A stretch of 64,000 nucleotides of DNA from Bacteroidales bacterium (GCA_045598945.1 JAZRVD010000137.1:1513-65512); one strand, 5' to 3'. Shown: positions 1-10,985, counted from the first letter of the stretch. Program-made: numbers and translations. The notes: generated by a model from the sequence alone, not told the origin.

Positions 1-208
1 ATTTTTCTAAAAAAGGGAAATCTTCAATTTTGGAGGTTTCTCTTTTGGTCTTTAACTTTTAACAGGCTTTAGGTCTTTTGTTCCTCTTTTTCAGTAAAAG
101 TTGCATTTATGAGTTGAACTTAGGAATAATTACAGACGCGCCCCGTGAACAAGATATACACAAGGGTCTGTCTGTTGTAAACGATCAACAAGACAACATG
201 CGACCTTG

Positions 209-3200
209 CTATCTCATCAACATAACGCTGCCTGTCTTTCTCTTAACCGCTTTAGGTTCGTCACCAGTATGATATTTTATAGTATAGACATACGCACCTT
301 GCGGACATAATGAGCCTTGATGTGTTCCATCCCAACATTCGTGCGGATCCTTACTATGAAAGCACATCTGACCTCTACGGTTGTAGATAACCATCTCATA
401 TTCTATAATATTTTCAGTAAAGACGCAAAATGTATTGTTTGCCTCTTCCGTTGGAGTGAAGATATTAGGGACAAACAGCTTGTTATGTTCCACAGGCAAA
501 GTCTTGTATGCCGTATCTGTACATATACTGTCATCAGTATAGACAACGAACATTAAACGTAGCGAATCGGCATTATCATCAATAACATAATTTATAGACT
601 GTCTGTCACTATAATATTCATCATCGACGAACCAAGCGTAATATTTACCCCACTTGCTGATCAAGCCGTTGGCAGTAACCTCTCTCAAATCATCATTGAA
701 ATACTCCGTACTTGTGGTAAACTTTGCTTCAGGGACATGGATAGGATATACCACAATGCCTGTATCAACAGCACACGGACTATTGTTGCTCACATTGGCT
801 GTAAGAGTATATACCGTTGTGGCTGTAGGAGATATAGTTATAACCGAGTCGTCTGCCTGATATTCAAGATTAGGATCGTCAGGGAAAGCCTTCCAATGGT
901 GTACAGGTGCTGGGGTAAGATTCCTTAACGTAAATGAACGATCAACACAATTGTGCGACACCTCTATGACAGGTACGATGTCAGGCCACACATACAGGTC
1001 GAGGATAGATATCGAGTCGCAGCCGTTTTTAGCCACCCATGGAAAACGTTGTTCGTAATGTCCCGATGTATCGAGATATTCATTACCTAAAAGCACATGC
1101 TGCCCATTACATATTGAATCATAACGATGCGTGCGAATACTGTAATTAACAACAAGATGCTGACGTTCAGAGTGGTTGCATCCATGTTGATCGGTATATC
1201 TATATTCCGCCCACTGTGTACGAGTGTACTTCCTGTTGTCTACGTTCCATATCAATGTGTCGCAAGCAATAGTATCATTGCCATAGACCGTGTCGAAACA
1301 AGGATAGACGGTGAGATAAAGAATAGTGTTGCTATCACACCCTGCAGTATTTTTGAGACGGACTGTATCAACTACAGAATGATCATAATATTTATCGTTT
1401 CTCTGCCAACGATAGCCCCAACACGAGCAAATAGTATCGAAACAATCGACTGTAGAGCTGTAGCTCATGGTAAGATGCATCAGCAGCACACTATCGCAAC
1501 CTTCGCTATTGACGCCATACACGCGCGCACTATCCACCGCACTGTTGAAATAATTTTTTCTTGAATATGGCCAGTAGAAAGCATCACATGCCTTATGGCT
1601 TACGGATTGGCGAGAAGAATGATTAACCTTGACATTAAGCGTAATTGCACTGTCGCATCCATGAGCGTTGGGGACAACAACAGATGCACGCTGACTCTGA
1701 CGATAGACGCCATTCAAAACGTTAAGATTGGCGACCACTACAGAGTCACAGCCATCGGCAGAATGAGAGCTCGAAGTATTGCGATTGATTGTCAGATGCA
1801 CAAACACCACTGAGTCGCAATACTGGCCAGGCTTCTTTGGATAGGACTTTGACACAACAGTAGACTCAGTGATTTTCTGACCATACCAACTATATACATT
1901 GCACGCACTACGATTGAGGTGTGTTACAGGGCTGTCCTTGTTAACCAAGACTAACGATATAGTGCTATCGCAATTAACAGAATTGGCATTGGCAAAGGTA
2001 TGTTTAACTTTAGTGTCGCAAGAGTAGTTAATACCGTACCACATAAAGCTATCGCACGCCATGACACCTGTATCAGGTCCTGTTGTAGAAAGATTTATCT
2101 TTAGATTGAGATATTGACTGCTGTCACATCCTACCTTATTTTTTATTACAGGAGCAGAATAAAATCCGCTCTTCCTATAAGTATAGCATGTAGGCTGCCA
2201 ACAGAAAGTATCGCATGCGATGCGGTCAACAGTATCGGCTGACGAATGACGGACAGCAAGATTCAACGTCAAAGTACTGTCGCAACCATGCCTATTGACA
2301 AGATGGTGAATAACCTTTGATGACGTATAGTATGTATTACCGTACCATTTCATAGAGTCGCACACCGAAGCAATAGTATCGCCTTTACTGCTCTTGTTAA
2401 TAGTTATATATAGATATTCCACACTGTCACACCCATGAATATCCTGCCCCGCCTTGAAATATGCTGGATTGTTAGGCGGGAGGACGCTTGAAGAATAAAT
2501 TCTATCGTGCCACTCATAAAAATCACATGATGTATCGCTGACATTTACTATACTGTTCTTATAAATAGTAACAAACAAACGATTGAGAGTATCGCACCCG
2601 ACATAATTCCTTGTACCGTCAGAATGAGTGATATTCGCCAGCGTTGTCTGACTTTCGTAATAGTTTGTATTGTGCCAGTTCAACACATTACACGATTCTA
2701 TTGCCGTGTCCTTCGTTGTACTGCTTTTTATTACCAACAAAAGGCTGACAGCAGAGTCACAACCGTACTGGTTGGCGTAATGCAATACTGAACTAACAGA
2801 GTCATAATGCACTATAACATCATATAAAGGATAGACAGAAGAAAAATACGTGGTATTGATAAAGGGAGCTACGGTGTCTCTACGTTGCAGACTATCACAA
2901 CCTATCAGCAACGAATCAGGGCCAAAATTGCTATAATTGACTCTAAGGTTAAGCATAGTAACACTATCACACTTGTGTACTGTAAGACTATCATAAGAGT
3001 AAACGCCAGTGATAGTATAAGTAGTATCCTTATAAATATTTGACGAAGAAGTCTTCCATAAAAGGCTGTCGCAAACCGTCATAGACAAAGTACCCGTATC
3101 GTGGAAAAACATTTGCAGTTTGAGATGCAACACGCTATCGCAGTTATCGACAGAAGCTTTATATAACGTATGGGTGCATGTATCCAAACTTTGCGACAAC

Positions 3201-6200
3201 CGACGATTGTACCACCAGAAAGAATCGCACGAAGTGGCAAAAGTATCTGTATGCTGCGTATAGGATACCGACAAATTGAGATGTACAATGCTATCGCAAC
3301 CTAAAACATTGCTTTTGCCAAGCTTATGTGTAACAGTATTATTAGATGTTAACAACCTATGCTCGTACCATATAAAAGAGTCGCAACTTCTGGCAATGGT
3401 GTCGCCCATCGTTGAGTTGTAGACCACAAAATGCAGACGTTCCAAGCTGTCGCAACGTACATTGTTTTGATAATGCCACAAAGTATCATAGTATTCTATC
3501 CTTGCCAAAGGAGAGATAGCAGAATGAGCAGAAGAGGTAAACGAGAGCCTTCTCTCTGGGTCTAACCACACAATACTATCGCAACCAGACATCGAGGTAT
3601 CGTGCGATGTGCTGTAACGCACAGTAAGATGCAGCACCACAACAGAATCACAGCCATGCAAGTCTGTATTGTGCATAGTGTCAACAGCATCGACACTTCT
3701 ATAATACCTATGGCTGAAAAAACCATACATTTCATCTTCCCACAAGAACGAATCACACACACTCCTCGCAGTCTCAAATACAGTATGCGGATATATAGTC
3801 AAGTTTAGTCGAGCCGAGCTATCACAACCCCATTGATTGATCTGTCCATGACGAGGATGTATTATCTCATTAGAACAATTGTACCATAATCCATCCCACC
3901 TAAAGGAATCACAAGCTGTTGCAAAAGTGTCGCCTATTGAGGCGTAATGGATTCTAAGATTCAGCACTACCACGCTATCGCAGCCAGCCGAATTGATATT
4001 ATGATAATTATGCTCCGGCATGGCATCGCGATCGTATACCATGCCGTGCCAGGCAAAACGATAGCAGCTGTCCACATTAGTATCACCAACCGTGCGGCTG
4101 TTGATAACAAAATGAACATTTTGCACGCTGTCGCAACCGACGGCATTGGTATAATGAAACGACGAATCGATATTAGTCTTTACAATATATCTAACTGGGC
4201 TTCCCCATACGGAATTTCTCAAAATAAGCCTTCTGCTACCACCTCCACTTTCACCATCCATCCAGACGACACTATCACATTGCGTAATAGAGCTATCTTT
4301 ACCAACAGAACTATATACTACGTCAAGTTGCAAGGTATCTACACTTAGACATCCAACATCATTAATATAAGCATGAGTATCGGTGGCACTGACATTGTAT
4401 CCCCGTACCTTCACATCTCTATGGAACCATGTAAAAGTGTCACACACCCTTTGGATAGTTTTACTACTGCTATTATAATATAACGACAAAGAGAGCGTCT
4501 CTACACTGTCGCAACCATGCACGTTTGCACCTGCATGCAGATGCCTGGCAGTATTTGTAGAAACGACATGAGCAGAGTCGTACCACACAAAAGTATCACA
4601 AGCATAAGGCACGGTATAGACGCTATATGTCGTGTCGTGAATATACAAGTGCAAAGTTACCATGCTATCGCAGCCGGCCTTATTGATACCCCTATAATTG
4701 TATACAGCATTGGCATCAGAATCGTACCCCACCTCATGCCATGTATAATGATAGCAGCTATCCACAACAGTGTCTCCAACAGTACGGCTTCTTATCACAA
4801 AATGTACATGCTGAATACTGTCGCATCCAACAGCATTGGTGTAATGGAATGACGAATCGATATTGTCTGTCTTACAGTCTACAACAGGGGACTGCCATAC
4901 AGAGCTACGCAATAGCAATGTCCTATTACGACCACCTGCATCGCCGTCAACCCATACTATACTGTCGCATCTTGTTATAGAGCTATCCTTGCCAACGGAG
5001 CTATAAAAAACACTAATCTGCAAAGTGTCGACACTTAAGCATCCTGCATCATTGACATAGGCATGCGTATCTACATTGCTGACGCCATACCCTCGCACCT
5101 CTACACCTCTATGCCTCCATATAAACGTATCGCACGACCGTTGTACATCCTTACTATTGGTGTTATAAAAGAGAGAAAGATTGAGCGTCTCCACACTATC
5201 GCATTTATGCGAATTGGCACCTGTATGAATACGGCGTGCCGAATTTGTAGAGACGGTATACGCAGAGTCGTACCACACAAAGGTATCGCAAGCATGAGAC
5301 ACAGTATAAACACTATATGTAGTATCGTGAATAACAATATGCTGCGTAACGATGCTATCGCACCCATTGACAGCAAGAAAAGTATCTTTTGCTGTTTGCG
5401 AATAATTAAAGAGACGATCGCCCCAAACATATTTATAACACCTTGCCGTATCGACCGTTGTATGTTTTCTTTGCTTAACAAAAAGCGACATTCTTACAAT
5501 AGAGTCACAATCATGAATAGAAGACAACGTTACAGATTCAGTTTTCGACGACATGAAACTAATTCCTTTCCAAACATACGGCAGGGCGTCGTCGCATACT
5601 GTATCATATAGCGTAGTGTCATATACAGGAAAGTTCCTCAAAGTCATATCAACAACCGAGTCGCATGAATACAAAGTATGCAACGTAACTTTCTTTGTGG
5701 TGGCAGAGTTAAAGACTTGTGATGGATTGTAAGAACCGGTAAACCATGTATAAGGATAGGTGCCTTGGCATACATAGTGTGTATCCGACAAAGAAAACGT
5801 GTCGTTGACCATAAGTTTCATAAGAACAGTAGAGTCGCACCCATTACTTTTCTTCAACACCGTTGTCTTGTTGCCAGACACCACAAAAGCAGAATCGTTC
5901 CAAATATAAGGTTGCTTGGACTGACATGTAGAGCGCTCATATTCTCTATACGACGTATCCTTGACAACAAGATTGATAGCAAAAACGCTATCGCATACGC
6001 CACGATATTTATCTATATGCCTTATCGTGTCTTTGGTAGAGACACGATAGTTTTTGCCATCTATCCAACGATATGGGGCGAAATTTTGACAAATCACTGC
6101 TGATTTCCTTGTGGTGTCATCATTATAAACATGGACTACGAGCTTGAAGACAGAATCGCAATATCTTCCTGCATATATACCCCGGATGGTATCGTGATAA

Positions 6201-8896
6201 ACGCCAGCCGTCTTTATGGGTCTGCCTGAATAGCACGAGCTCCATTTACGCCATGCAATGGACTCATAGCTACACATTGAATCGGTAGCGACATTGTGAG
6301 AATTGTAATATATTGTCAGTTGCAGCGTGTCGACACTGGGGCACCCCTCATCAGAAAGATAATCGCTATAATATCTTCCGCCAATGGTATATTCATCCAC
6401 AAAAGAGCCACGCAAAAACCACCGGTACTTCTCACAAGCAGTATCTTTGTACAGTGTGCTACTATTATATCTCACTCTGATATGCAACGTATCAACACTT
6501 GGGCAGTTGTTGTCATTAATATAACTATGTAGATAAACACCGTTGGTGGTTATTGCAGTATCAAAAGCCATATTGCCATATCTCTGCCAGTGCCACACAT
6601 ATTTGTCGCAGACATCTCGCATAATAGTGTCGTGAGACGATTGACGTACAAATACATGAAGTGTATCTGTACTTGGGCAATTATTACCGTCGATATAGCT
6701 ATGCCTATATGTACCAGCAGTAATAATATTAGTATCTAAACCATGATTGAGCCATCTAAAAGCTCCTGTGTCGCAAATATTCTGAGTAAAAGCATCGTAT
6801 GTATTGTCGTTCACAGCAAGTTGCATTACTATCGTTGAGTCGCAATCATCCTTGCTCTTCAGCGTAGTATTCTGCATATAGGCGTCGTCAAACCACACGC
6901 CATTCCACTTATAGGGCAAATCAGTCCTACATACAACGGCATAGTCAGCCACATAAAAGGTGTCGTTCACCTTAAGCTTTAACGTATAAACACTATCGCA
7001 CACTCCATTATGTCTATCTATATGTCTTACAGTATCGCTGATAGAGGTGCTATAACCTATACCATCAATCCATCGATATGGGGCCAGGTCCTGGCATATC
7101 ACATCACTCATTTTAATGGTGTCATCATTATATATGACAAATTGAAGAGATATGATAGAATCGCAGTATTTCCCTTCAAACACATTATGGACAGTATCTT
7201 TGTAAATGCCTGCTTTTGCAAGCGGCAATAGATGCTGGCCACGCCATCTACGCCAATAGTACTTTTCATACGAGCATGCGGAATCACGCATATCCACCTT
7301 TTGATCCTTGTATAGCTTTAATCTTAATGTATCGGTATTTAGACATTGAAAATAGCCATTATACACCATTTGATAGTCATGAGTATAACTTACGTACTGG
7401 CCGTTGGTTGCTTCTGTATAAGCATTGTTCCACCCATGATTGACCCATGTCATAGAATTGCATACCGTAGTGTCGTATCGCTTATTGACATTAGGGTAGA
7501 CTGTAGCAAAAATAGTATCTATGCTATAGCATCCATCAGGCGTAAAATATCTGTACACATACATCCCGCTTTGATATATCACTGTGTCGTAGATGTCGTC
7601 TATCCAATCATGATACCTATGATGGCTCCATATCAGCATATCGCAAGCGGTATCGTAGATACAACTGCTTGTGTTGCGGTTGATATTCAAATACAGTGTG
7701 TCAGCACTTGGACATTGATTGCCTGCGTTATTATAATGATTGACATACTTGCCAGAAGTGTTGAATAGCAAAGATGAATCATTGTTTTCCCAAACAAAAC
7801 TATCGCATGCCGTGACATTGAACGATAAATGAGAGCTATTTTTTATAGTAAGACGCAAATATTCATTAGAGTCGCATCCAAAAAATTTAGTAACGTCTAA
7901 ATTTACATAATCGTCAGAGCTTGTATGCCGCCTACCATGCCACACATATTCGTCGCACGCAATAACAGTATCATAATAACGATAGGTATAGTCGACATCT
8001 ACATAAACCAAAGAGACTATACTATCGCAACCATCAACATTTTTCGTATCCAAAACCTTTTCTACGACACCATCTCCATTATGAAAATATTCCGACGAAA
8101 GCCACGAATCATAAAACACCGTATCGCCCCATCTTACAGAATCACAAACTTCCAACCATTCTTCTGCCTTTGAGATAGATTTGATCGTCAAAAATATAGT
8201 GTCAAACGAATTACAACAACGATCGTTGTAATAGCTATATATATATTTACTGTAGACAACACCTTCGATAGGCGTAAAAAAAGTATCGCCGCGTACCACA
8301 TCCTCACTTGAGATAATCTGGTCGCCAAAATTCTCATAGCATAAACTATGCCGTCCATATCTAAAAGTATCCTTTCCACACATAAAGGTATCTACACGGC
8401 TGTACTCCGACAGACCTGTCCAAATATGTAATATATATATAGAATCACACCCATCAGCAAGAGAAACAGTATCGGCAAAACTGTATACTTTTTCCAATGG
8501 CAACATATCTCTGGTAAAACTTTTGCCTCTCCAATGTTCAACAGGATTAGTTCCGCACATCCTTATTGTCTTTGTCTCGTAAAAAGGCAATTTTACTTGA
8601 TAACGTATCCCATTATATACATATTCTGTTGTTATTTTATTTCCTCGTCCTTTGGTAATTGTATCAACTCTTGTATACACTACCGTTGAATCCTTAGACA
8701 CACGGACAACATTACCTTTATAATCTGTATATTCCGTCTCTCCGCAACGAATGTCTTGTACTAAATTTACAGATTCGTTACTCTTGAATCCTGCTCCTCC
8801 AGGGTACATTGGATCACCAGGATATACTTGAGCATAAACGAAATTTTGGACAAGGAGACACACCACACAGCACAAGATCAATCGAAATCTTATCAT
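209..8896 (-). CDS. Giant (2895 aa) secreted cysteine-rich tandem-repeat protein with a T9SS type-B (gliding-motility/CHU_C-type) C-terminal sorting domain
   Basis: Single uninterrupted ORF with an ATG start. Signal peptide MIRFRLILCCVVCLLVQNFVYAQ. The body is dozens of roughly 50-80-aa modules, each with a CDxFxW-like motif and a GCDSxxxLxL motif (about 45 CDS tripeptides by my manual count). The last ~85 aa (FVPNIFTPTEEANNTF...GAYVYTIKY...GSVMLMR) fit the type-B T9SS sorting domain. Confidence 0.9.
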   Translation of the reverse strand: MIRFRLILCCVVCLLVQNFVYAQVYPGDPMYPGGAGFKSNESVNLVQDIRCGETEYTDYKGNVVRVSKDSTVVYTRVDTITKGRGNKITTEYVYNGIRYQVKLPFYETKTIRMCGTNPVEHWRGKSFTRDMLPLEKVYSFADTVSLADGCDSIYILHIWTGLSEYSRVDTFMCGKDTFRYGRHSLCYENFGDQIISSEDVVRGDTFFTPIEGVVYSKYIYSYYNDRCCNSFDTIFLTIKSISKAEEWLEVCDSVRWGDTVFYDSWLSSEYFHNGDGVVEKVLDTKNVDGCDSIVSLVYVDVDYTYRYYDTVIACDEYVWHGRRHTSSDDYVNLDVTKFFGCDSNEYLRLTIKNSSHLSFNVTACDSFVWENNDSSLLFNTSGKYVNHYNNAGNQCPSADTLYLNINRNTSSCIYDTACDMLIWSHHRYHDWIDDIYDTVIYQSGMYVYRYFTPDGCYSIDTIFATVYPNVNKRYDTTVCNSMTWVNHGWNNAYTEATNGQYVSYTHDYQMVYNGYFQCLNTDTLRLKLYKDQKVDMRDSACSYEKYYWRRWRGQHLLPLAKAGIYKDTVHNVFEGKYCDSIISLQFVIYNDDTIKMSDVICQDLAPYRWIDGIGYSTSISDTVRHIDRHNGVCDSVYTLKLKVNDTFYVADYAVVCRTDLPYKWNGVWFDDAYMQNTTLKSKDDCDSTIVMQLAVNDNTYDAFTQNICDTGAFRWLNHGLDTNIITAGTYRHSYIDGNNCPSTDTLHVFVRQSSHDTIMRDVCDKYVWHWQRYGNMAFDTAITTNGVYLHSYINDNNCPSVDTLHIRVRYNSSTLYKDTACEKYRWFLRGSFVDEYTIGGRYYSDYLSDEGCPSVDTLQLTIYYNSHNVATDSMCSYESIAWRKWSSCYSGRPIKTAGVYHDTIRGIYAGRYCDSVFKLVVHVYNDDTTRKSAVICQNFAPYRWIDGKNYRVSTKDTIRHIDKYRGVCDSVFAINLVVKDTSYREYERSTCQSKQPYIWNDSAFVVSGNKTTVLKKSNGCDSTVLMKLMVNDTFSLSDTHYVCQGTYPYTWFTGSYNPSQVFNSATTKKVTLHTLYSCDSVVDMTLRNFPVYDTTLYDTVCDDALPYVWKGISFMSSKTESVTLSSIHDCDSIVRMSLFVKQRKHTTVDTARCYKYVWGDRLFNYSQTAKDTFLAVNGCDSIVTQHIVIHDTTYSVYTVSHACDTFVWYDSAYTVSTNSARRIHTGANSHKCDSVETLNLSLFYNTNSKDVQRSCDTFIWRHRGVEVRGYGVSNVDTHAYVNDAGCLSVDTLQISVFYSSVGKDSSITRCDSIVWVDGDAGGRNRTLLLRSSVWQSPVVDCKTDNIDSSFHYTNAVGCDSIQHVHFVIRSRTVGDTVVDSCYHYTWHEVGYDSDANAVYNYRGINKAGCDSMVTLHLYIHDTTYSVYTVPYACDTFVWYDSAHVVSTNTARHLHAGANVHGCDSVETLSLSLYYNSSSKTIQRVCDTFTWFHRDVKVRGYNVSATDTHAYINDVGCLSVDTLQLDVVYSSVGKDSSITQCDSVVWMDGESGGGSRRLILRNSVWGSPVRYIVKTNIDSSFHYTNAVGCDSVQNVHFVINSRTVGDTNVDSCYRFAWHGMVYDRDAMPEHNYHNINSAGCDSVVVLNLRIHYASIGDTFATACDSFRWDGLWYNCSNEIIHPRHGQINQWGCDSSARLNLTIYPHTVFETARSVCDSFLWEDEMYGFFSHRYYRSVDAVDTMHNTDLHGCDSVVVLHLTVRYSTSHDTSMSGCDSIVWLDPERRLSFTSSAHSAISPLARIEYYDTLWHYQNNVRCDSLERLHFVVYNSTMGDTIARSCDSFIWYEHRLLTSNNTVTHKLGKSNVLGCDSIVHLNLSVSYTQHTDTFATSCDSFWWYNRRLSQSLDTCTHTLYKASVDNCDSVLHLKLQMFFHDTGTLSMTVCDSLLWKTSSSNIYKDTTYTITGVYSYDSLTVHKCDSVTMLNLRVNYSNFGPDSLLIGCDSLQRRDTVAPFINTTYFSSVYPLYDVIVHYDSVSSVLHYANQYGCDSAVSLLLVIKSSTTKDTAIESCNVLNWHNTNYYESQTTLANITHSDGTRNYVGCDTLNRLFVTIYKNSIVNVSDTSCDFYEWHDRIYSSSVLPPNNPAYFKAGQDIHGCDSVEYLYITINKSSKGDTIASVCDSMKWYGNTYYTSSKVIHHLVNRHGCDSTLTLNLAVRHSSADTVDRIACDTFCWQPTCYTYRKSGFYSAPVIKNKVGCDSSQYLNLKINLSTTGPDTGVMACDSFMWYGINYSCDTKVKHTFANANSVNCDSTISLVLVNKDSPVTHLNRSACNVYSWYGQKITESTVVSKSYPKKPGQYCDSVVFVHLTINRNTSSSHSADGCDSVVVANLNVLNGVYRQSQRASVVVPNAHGCDSAITLNVKVNHSSRQSVSHKACDAFYWPYSRKNYFNSAVDSARVYGVNSEGCDSVLLMHLTMSYSSTVDCFDTICSCWGYRWQRNDKYYDHSVVDTVRLKNTAGCDSNTILYLTVYPCFDTVYGNDTIACDTLIWNVDNRKYTRTQWAEYRYTDQHGCNHSERQHLVVNYSIRTHRYDSICNGQHVLLGNEYLDTSGHYEQRFPWVAKNGCDSISILDLYVWPDIVPVIEVSHNCVDRSFTLRNLTPAPVHHWKAFPDDPNLEYQADDSVITISPTATTVYTLTANVSNNSPCAVDTGIVVYPIHVPEAKFTTSTEYFNDDLREVTANGLISKWGKYYAWFVDDEYYSDRQSINYVIDDNADSLRLMFVVYTDDSICTDTAYKTLPVEHNKLFVPNIFTPTEEANNTFCVFTENIIEYEMVIYNRRGQMCFHSKDPHECWDGTHQGSLCPQGAYVYTIKYHTGDEPKAVKRKTGSVMLMR
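3953..5332 (-). repeat. Two tandem 690-bp (230-codon) super-repeat copies inside the giant gene (4643..5332 and 3953..4642)
   Basis: Both copies start with IHDTTYSVYTV(S/P)(H/Y)ACDTFVWYDSA and end with AGCDS(M/V)V(T/V)L(H/N)L(Y/R)IH. The anchor codons lie exactly 690 nt apart (5330-5332, 4640-4642, 3950-3952). Confidence 0.85.
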
Positions 8897-8961
8897 AAAA
8901 TCAAATTAACATATTGAAATTTACACTATACAACACTTCGCACTCATTTATTGCGAGAGTG

Positions 8962-8969
8962 CAAATATA
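8962..8969 (-). promoter_or_regulatory. Bacteroidota -7 promoter box (TATATTTG on the coding strand) for the giant gene
   Basis: Matches the TAnnTTTG consensus about 65 nt upstream of the ATG at 8896. Confidence 0.45.
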
Positions 8970-9074
8970 CACTTTAGTTTTAATAAAAAAGCACCTACGC
9001 CATAAAAGCCAAACTAAAGTATTTCAATACATAAGATGATTTTTCCTACATCTATTGCAAATAAATACTATAGA

Positions 9075-9116
9075 CAAATAAAAAGACACACGACTTGCAG
9101 CAAAAATTGCTGCAAG
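9075..9116 (-). terminator. Rho-independent terminator downstream of era
   Basis: Hairpin CTTGCAGCA-aaaa-TTGCTGCAAG (9094-9116), followed on the minus strand by a T-rich tract (TCTTTTTATTTG). Confidence 0.5.
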
Positions 9117-9158
9117 CCGTTATTTGCAATATTACTACTGCTAATTAATGTAGTTCCA

Positions 9159-10058
9159 CTATTTGTCTTGGATATAGCCGAAGCTGCGAAGGGCTTGGTC
9201 GTTGTTGCGCCAATCTTTCAGCACCTTGACGAAGATATTTAAGAAGCAGCGCTTGCCGGTGAAGGCTTCTATATCCTTGCGAGCCTCTATGCCTATCTTC
9301 TTTATGCTCTTGCCCTGATGGCCTATCAAGATGGCTTTCTGCGACTCGCGCTCGGCATATATCACCGCATTGATGTTGTCTATACCGTCTTTTTCCTCGT
9401 AGCTTTCTATACGCACCTCGCACGAATAGGGTATCTCCTGCTGATAGTAGAGCAAGAGTTTCTCGCGTATTATCTCGCTGACAAAGAAACGCATAGAGCG
9501 GTCTGTCAGCTCGTCCTCAGGATAGTATGGCGGATTTTCCGGCAGGAAGTGAATGATGGCGTCGAAGATGGAATCTACATTGAAACGATTAAGCGCAGAT
9601 GTGGGGATAACCACAGCACGAGGTATCTGAACCTGCCAATACTTGATCTTATCAGCGACCTCCTGCTGTGAGCTAAGGTCTATCTTGTTGATGACCAAGA
9701 TAACCGGTATGTTGCTATCTATCACCTTACGTAGCACCTCCTGATTTTTGAAGGTCTCGCCAACTTCTGTAACGAGTAGGAATACATCGGCATCTTGCAG
9801 CGCACCGCCAACAAAATCCATCATGCTCTCATGCAGCTTATAATGCGGATTGACAATGCCAGGCGTGTCGGTATACACTATCTGAAAGCTGTCGTCGGTG
9901 TTGGGGATTGTGCCGCCCACTATGCCCATGATGCGATGACGCGTAGTCTGCGCCTTGGATGTAATAATAGAGAGACGCTCGCCAACAAGGACATTCATCA
10001 ACGTGGACTTGCCTACGTTGGGATTGCCGATGATATTAACAAAACCAGCCTTGTACAC
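9159..10058 (-). CDS. era: GTPase Era
   Basis: N-terminal G1 motif GNPNVGKSTLMN, DTPG, NKID, and a KH-type C-terminal domain. GTG start, with an in-frame stop 4 codons upstream. Confidence 0.9.
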   Translation of the reverse strand: MYKAGFVNIIGNPNVGKSTLMNVLVGERLSIITSKAQTTRHRIMGIVGGTIPNTDDSFQIVYTDTPGIVNPHYKLHESMMDFVGGALQDADVFLLVTEVGETFKNQEVLRKVIDSNIPVILVINKIDLSSQQEVADKIKYWQVQIPRAVVIPTSALNRFNVDSIFDAIIHFLPENPPYYPEDELTDRSMRFFVSEIIREKLLLYYQQEIPYSCEVRIESYEEKDGIDNINAVIYAERESQKAILIGHQGKSIKKIGIEARKDIEAFTGKRCFLNIFVKVLKDWRNNDQALRSFGYIQDK

Positions 10059-10070
10059 AGCGACAAACTA

Positions 10071-10853
10071 TTAGAAATACTTTATTTCGCGTTCTATAAT
10101 AGTCTGAGCCTCAGGATTGTTGTCAACCATCAAATACTCGGTCTTCTGAATCCAGTTGTTGTTGTTATCATAGAGATAGCGGAAGAGGGATATGGATATT
10201 TCGGTTTCTGGCTCGCTGTAATCGTAAGTAGTCATCGTTACAGGATTGTGATGCTCGTCATATTCATAACGTGTCTCTCTGATTTTCGTACCTTTGCGGT
10301 CGAAGGTTACCGTTTTGACCATGTTGCCAGAATGGGCGTAGGCATACACCTCACGACGAAAGACATTGCCAGAGGCGTCGGTAAAAGCGCGCTCGCTGAC
10401 GCGTGCATTGTCGTCGTATTTAATCATCGTTCGAGTCTCTATCTGACGCTCGGCATCTTCAACATACACCTCGGTGAGAAAGAACTGCTTGTCGTAGACA
10501 TAGTATGTACGACCGATGATATTCTCTTTGTCGTCGACAACATGCTCAAGGGTGGTAACGCCGAAGCCGTCGTGCTTGTAGCGAGAGCGGAACAGCACAT
10601 CCTCTTCTGGCGAGATATACGACATACTTTTGCGCTGACCGTTTTTCATATACTCAGTCTCTACACGCTCAAGGATATCGCCACGCACAAGAGTAGGCTT
10701 GCCCTCGTCTAACGCCTCGTACTGAATGGTGGTAATATACTTCACGTTGCCACGCAGCCCGTCAAGTTTAACCTCTGGAGCGACACGCTGAGCAGAAAGG
10801 GAGACAAAAAAAGATGTCAACAACAGAGCGGAAATAAAATACTTTGCGTTCAT
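10071..10853 (-). CDS. Secreted hypothetical protein with YD/RHS-like short repeats
   Basis: Signal peptide MNAKYFISALLLTSFFVSLSAQ. Repeated Y-x-Y-D...G-N/K motifs, e.g. RETRYEYDEHHNPVTMTTYDY. Confidence 0.6.
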   Translation of the reverse strand: MNAKYFISALLLTSFFVSLSAQRVAPEVKLDGLRGNVKYITTIQYEALDEGKPTLVRGDILERVETEYMKNGQRKSMSYISPEEDVLFRSRYKHDGFGVTTLEHVVDDKENIIGRTYYVYDKQFFLTEVYVEDAERQIETRTMIKYDDNARVSERAFTDASGNVFRREVYAYAHSGNMVKTVTFDRKGTKIRETRYEYDEHHNPVTMTTYDYSEPETEISISLFRYLYDNNNNWIQKTEYLMVDNNPEAQTIIEREIKYF

Positions 10854-10977
10854 AAATATCTAATAATAAACAACGTACCGCACTTTCACGGCGCGTAAAA
10901 GGTGTAACAAAATTTGTTCAAAAGTACAAAAAAAAAAGATATCATTTTTCTAAAATTGCAAAGTTGCATTTTTTTCT

Positions 10978-10985
10978 TACATTTG
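10978..10985 (+). promoter_or_regulatory. -7 promoter box TACATTTG
   Basis: Matches TAnnTTTG 18 nt upstream of the ATG at 11004. Confidence 0.5.
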
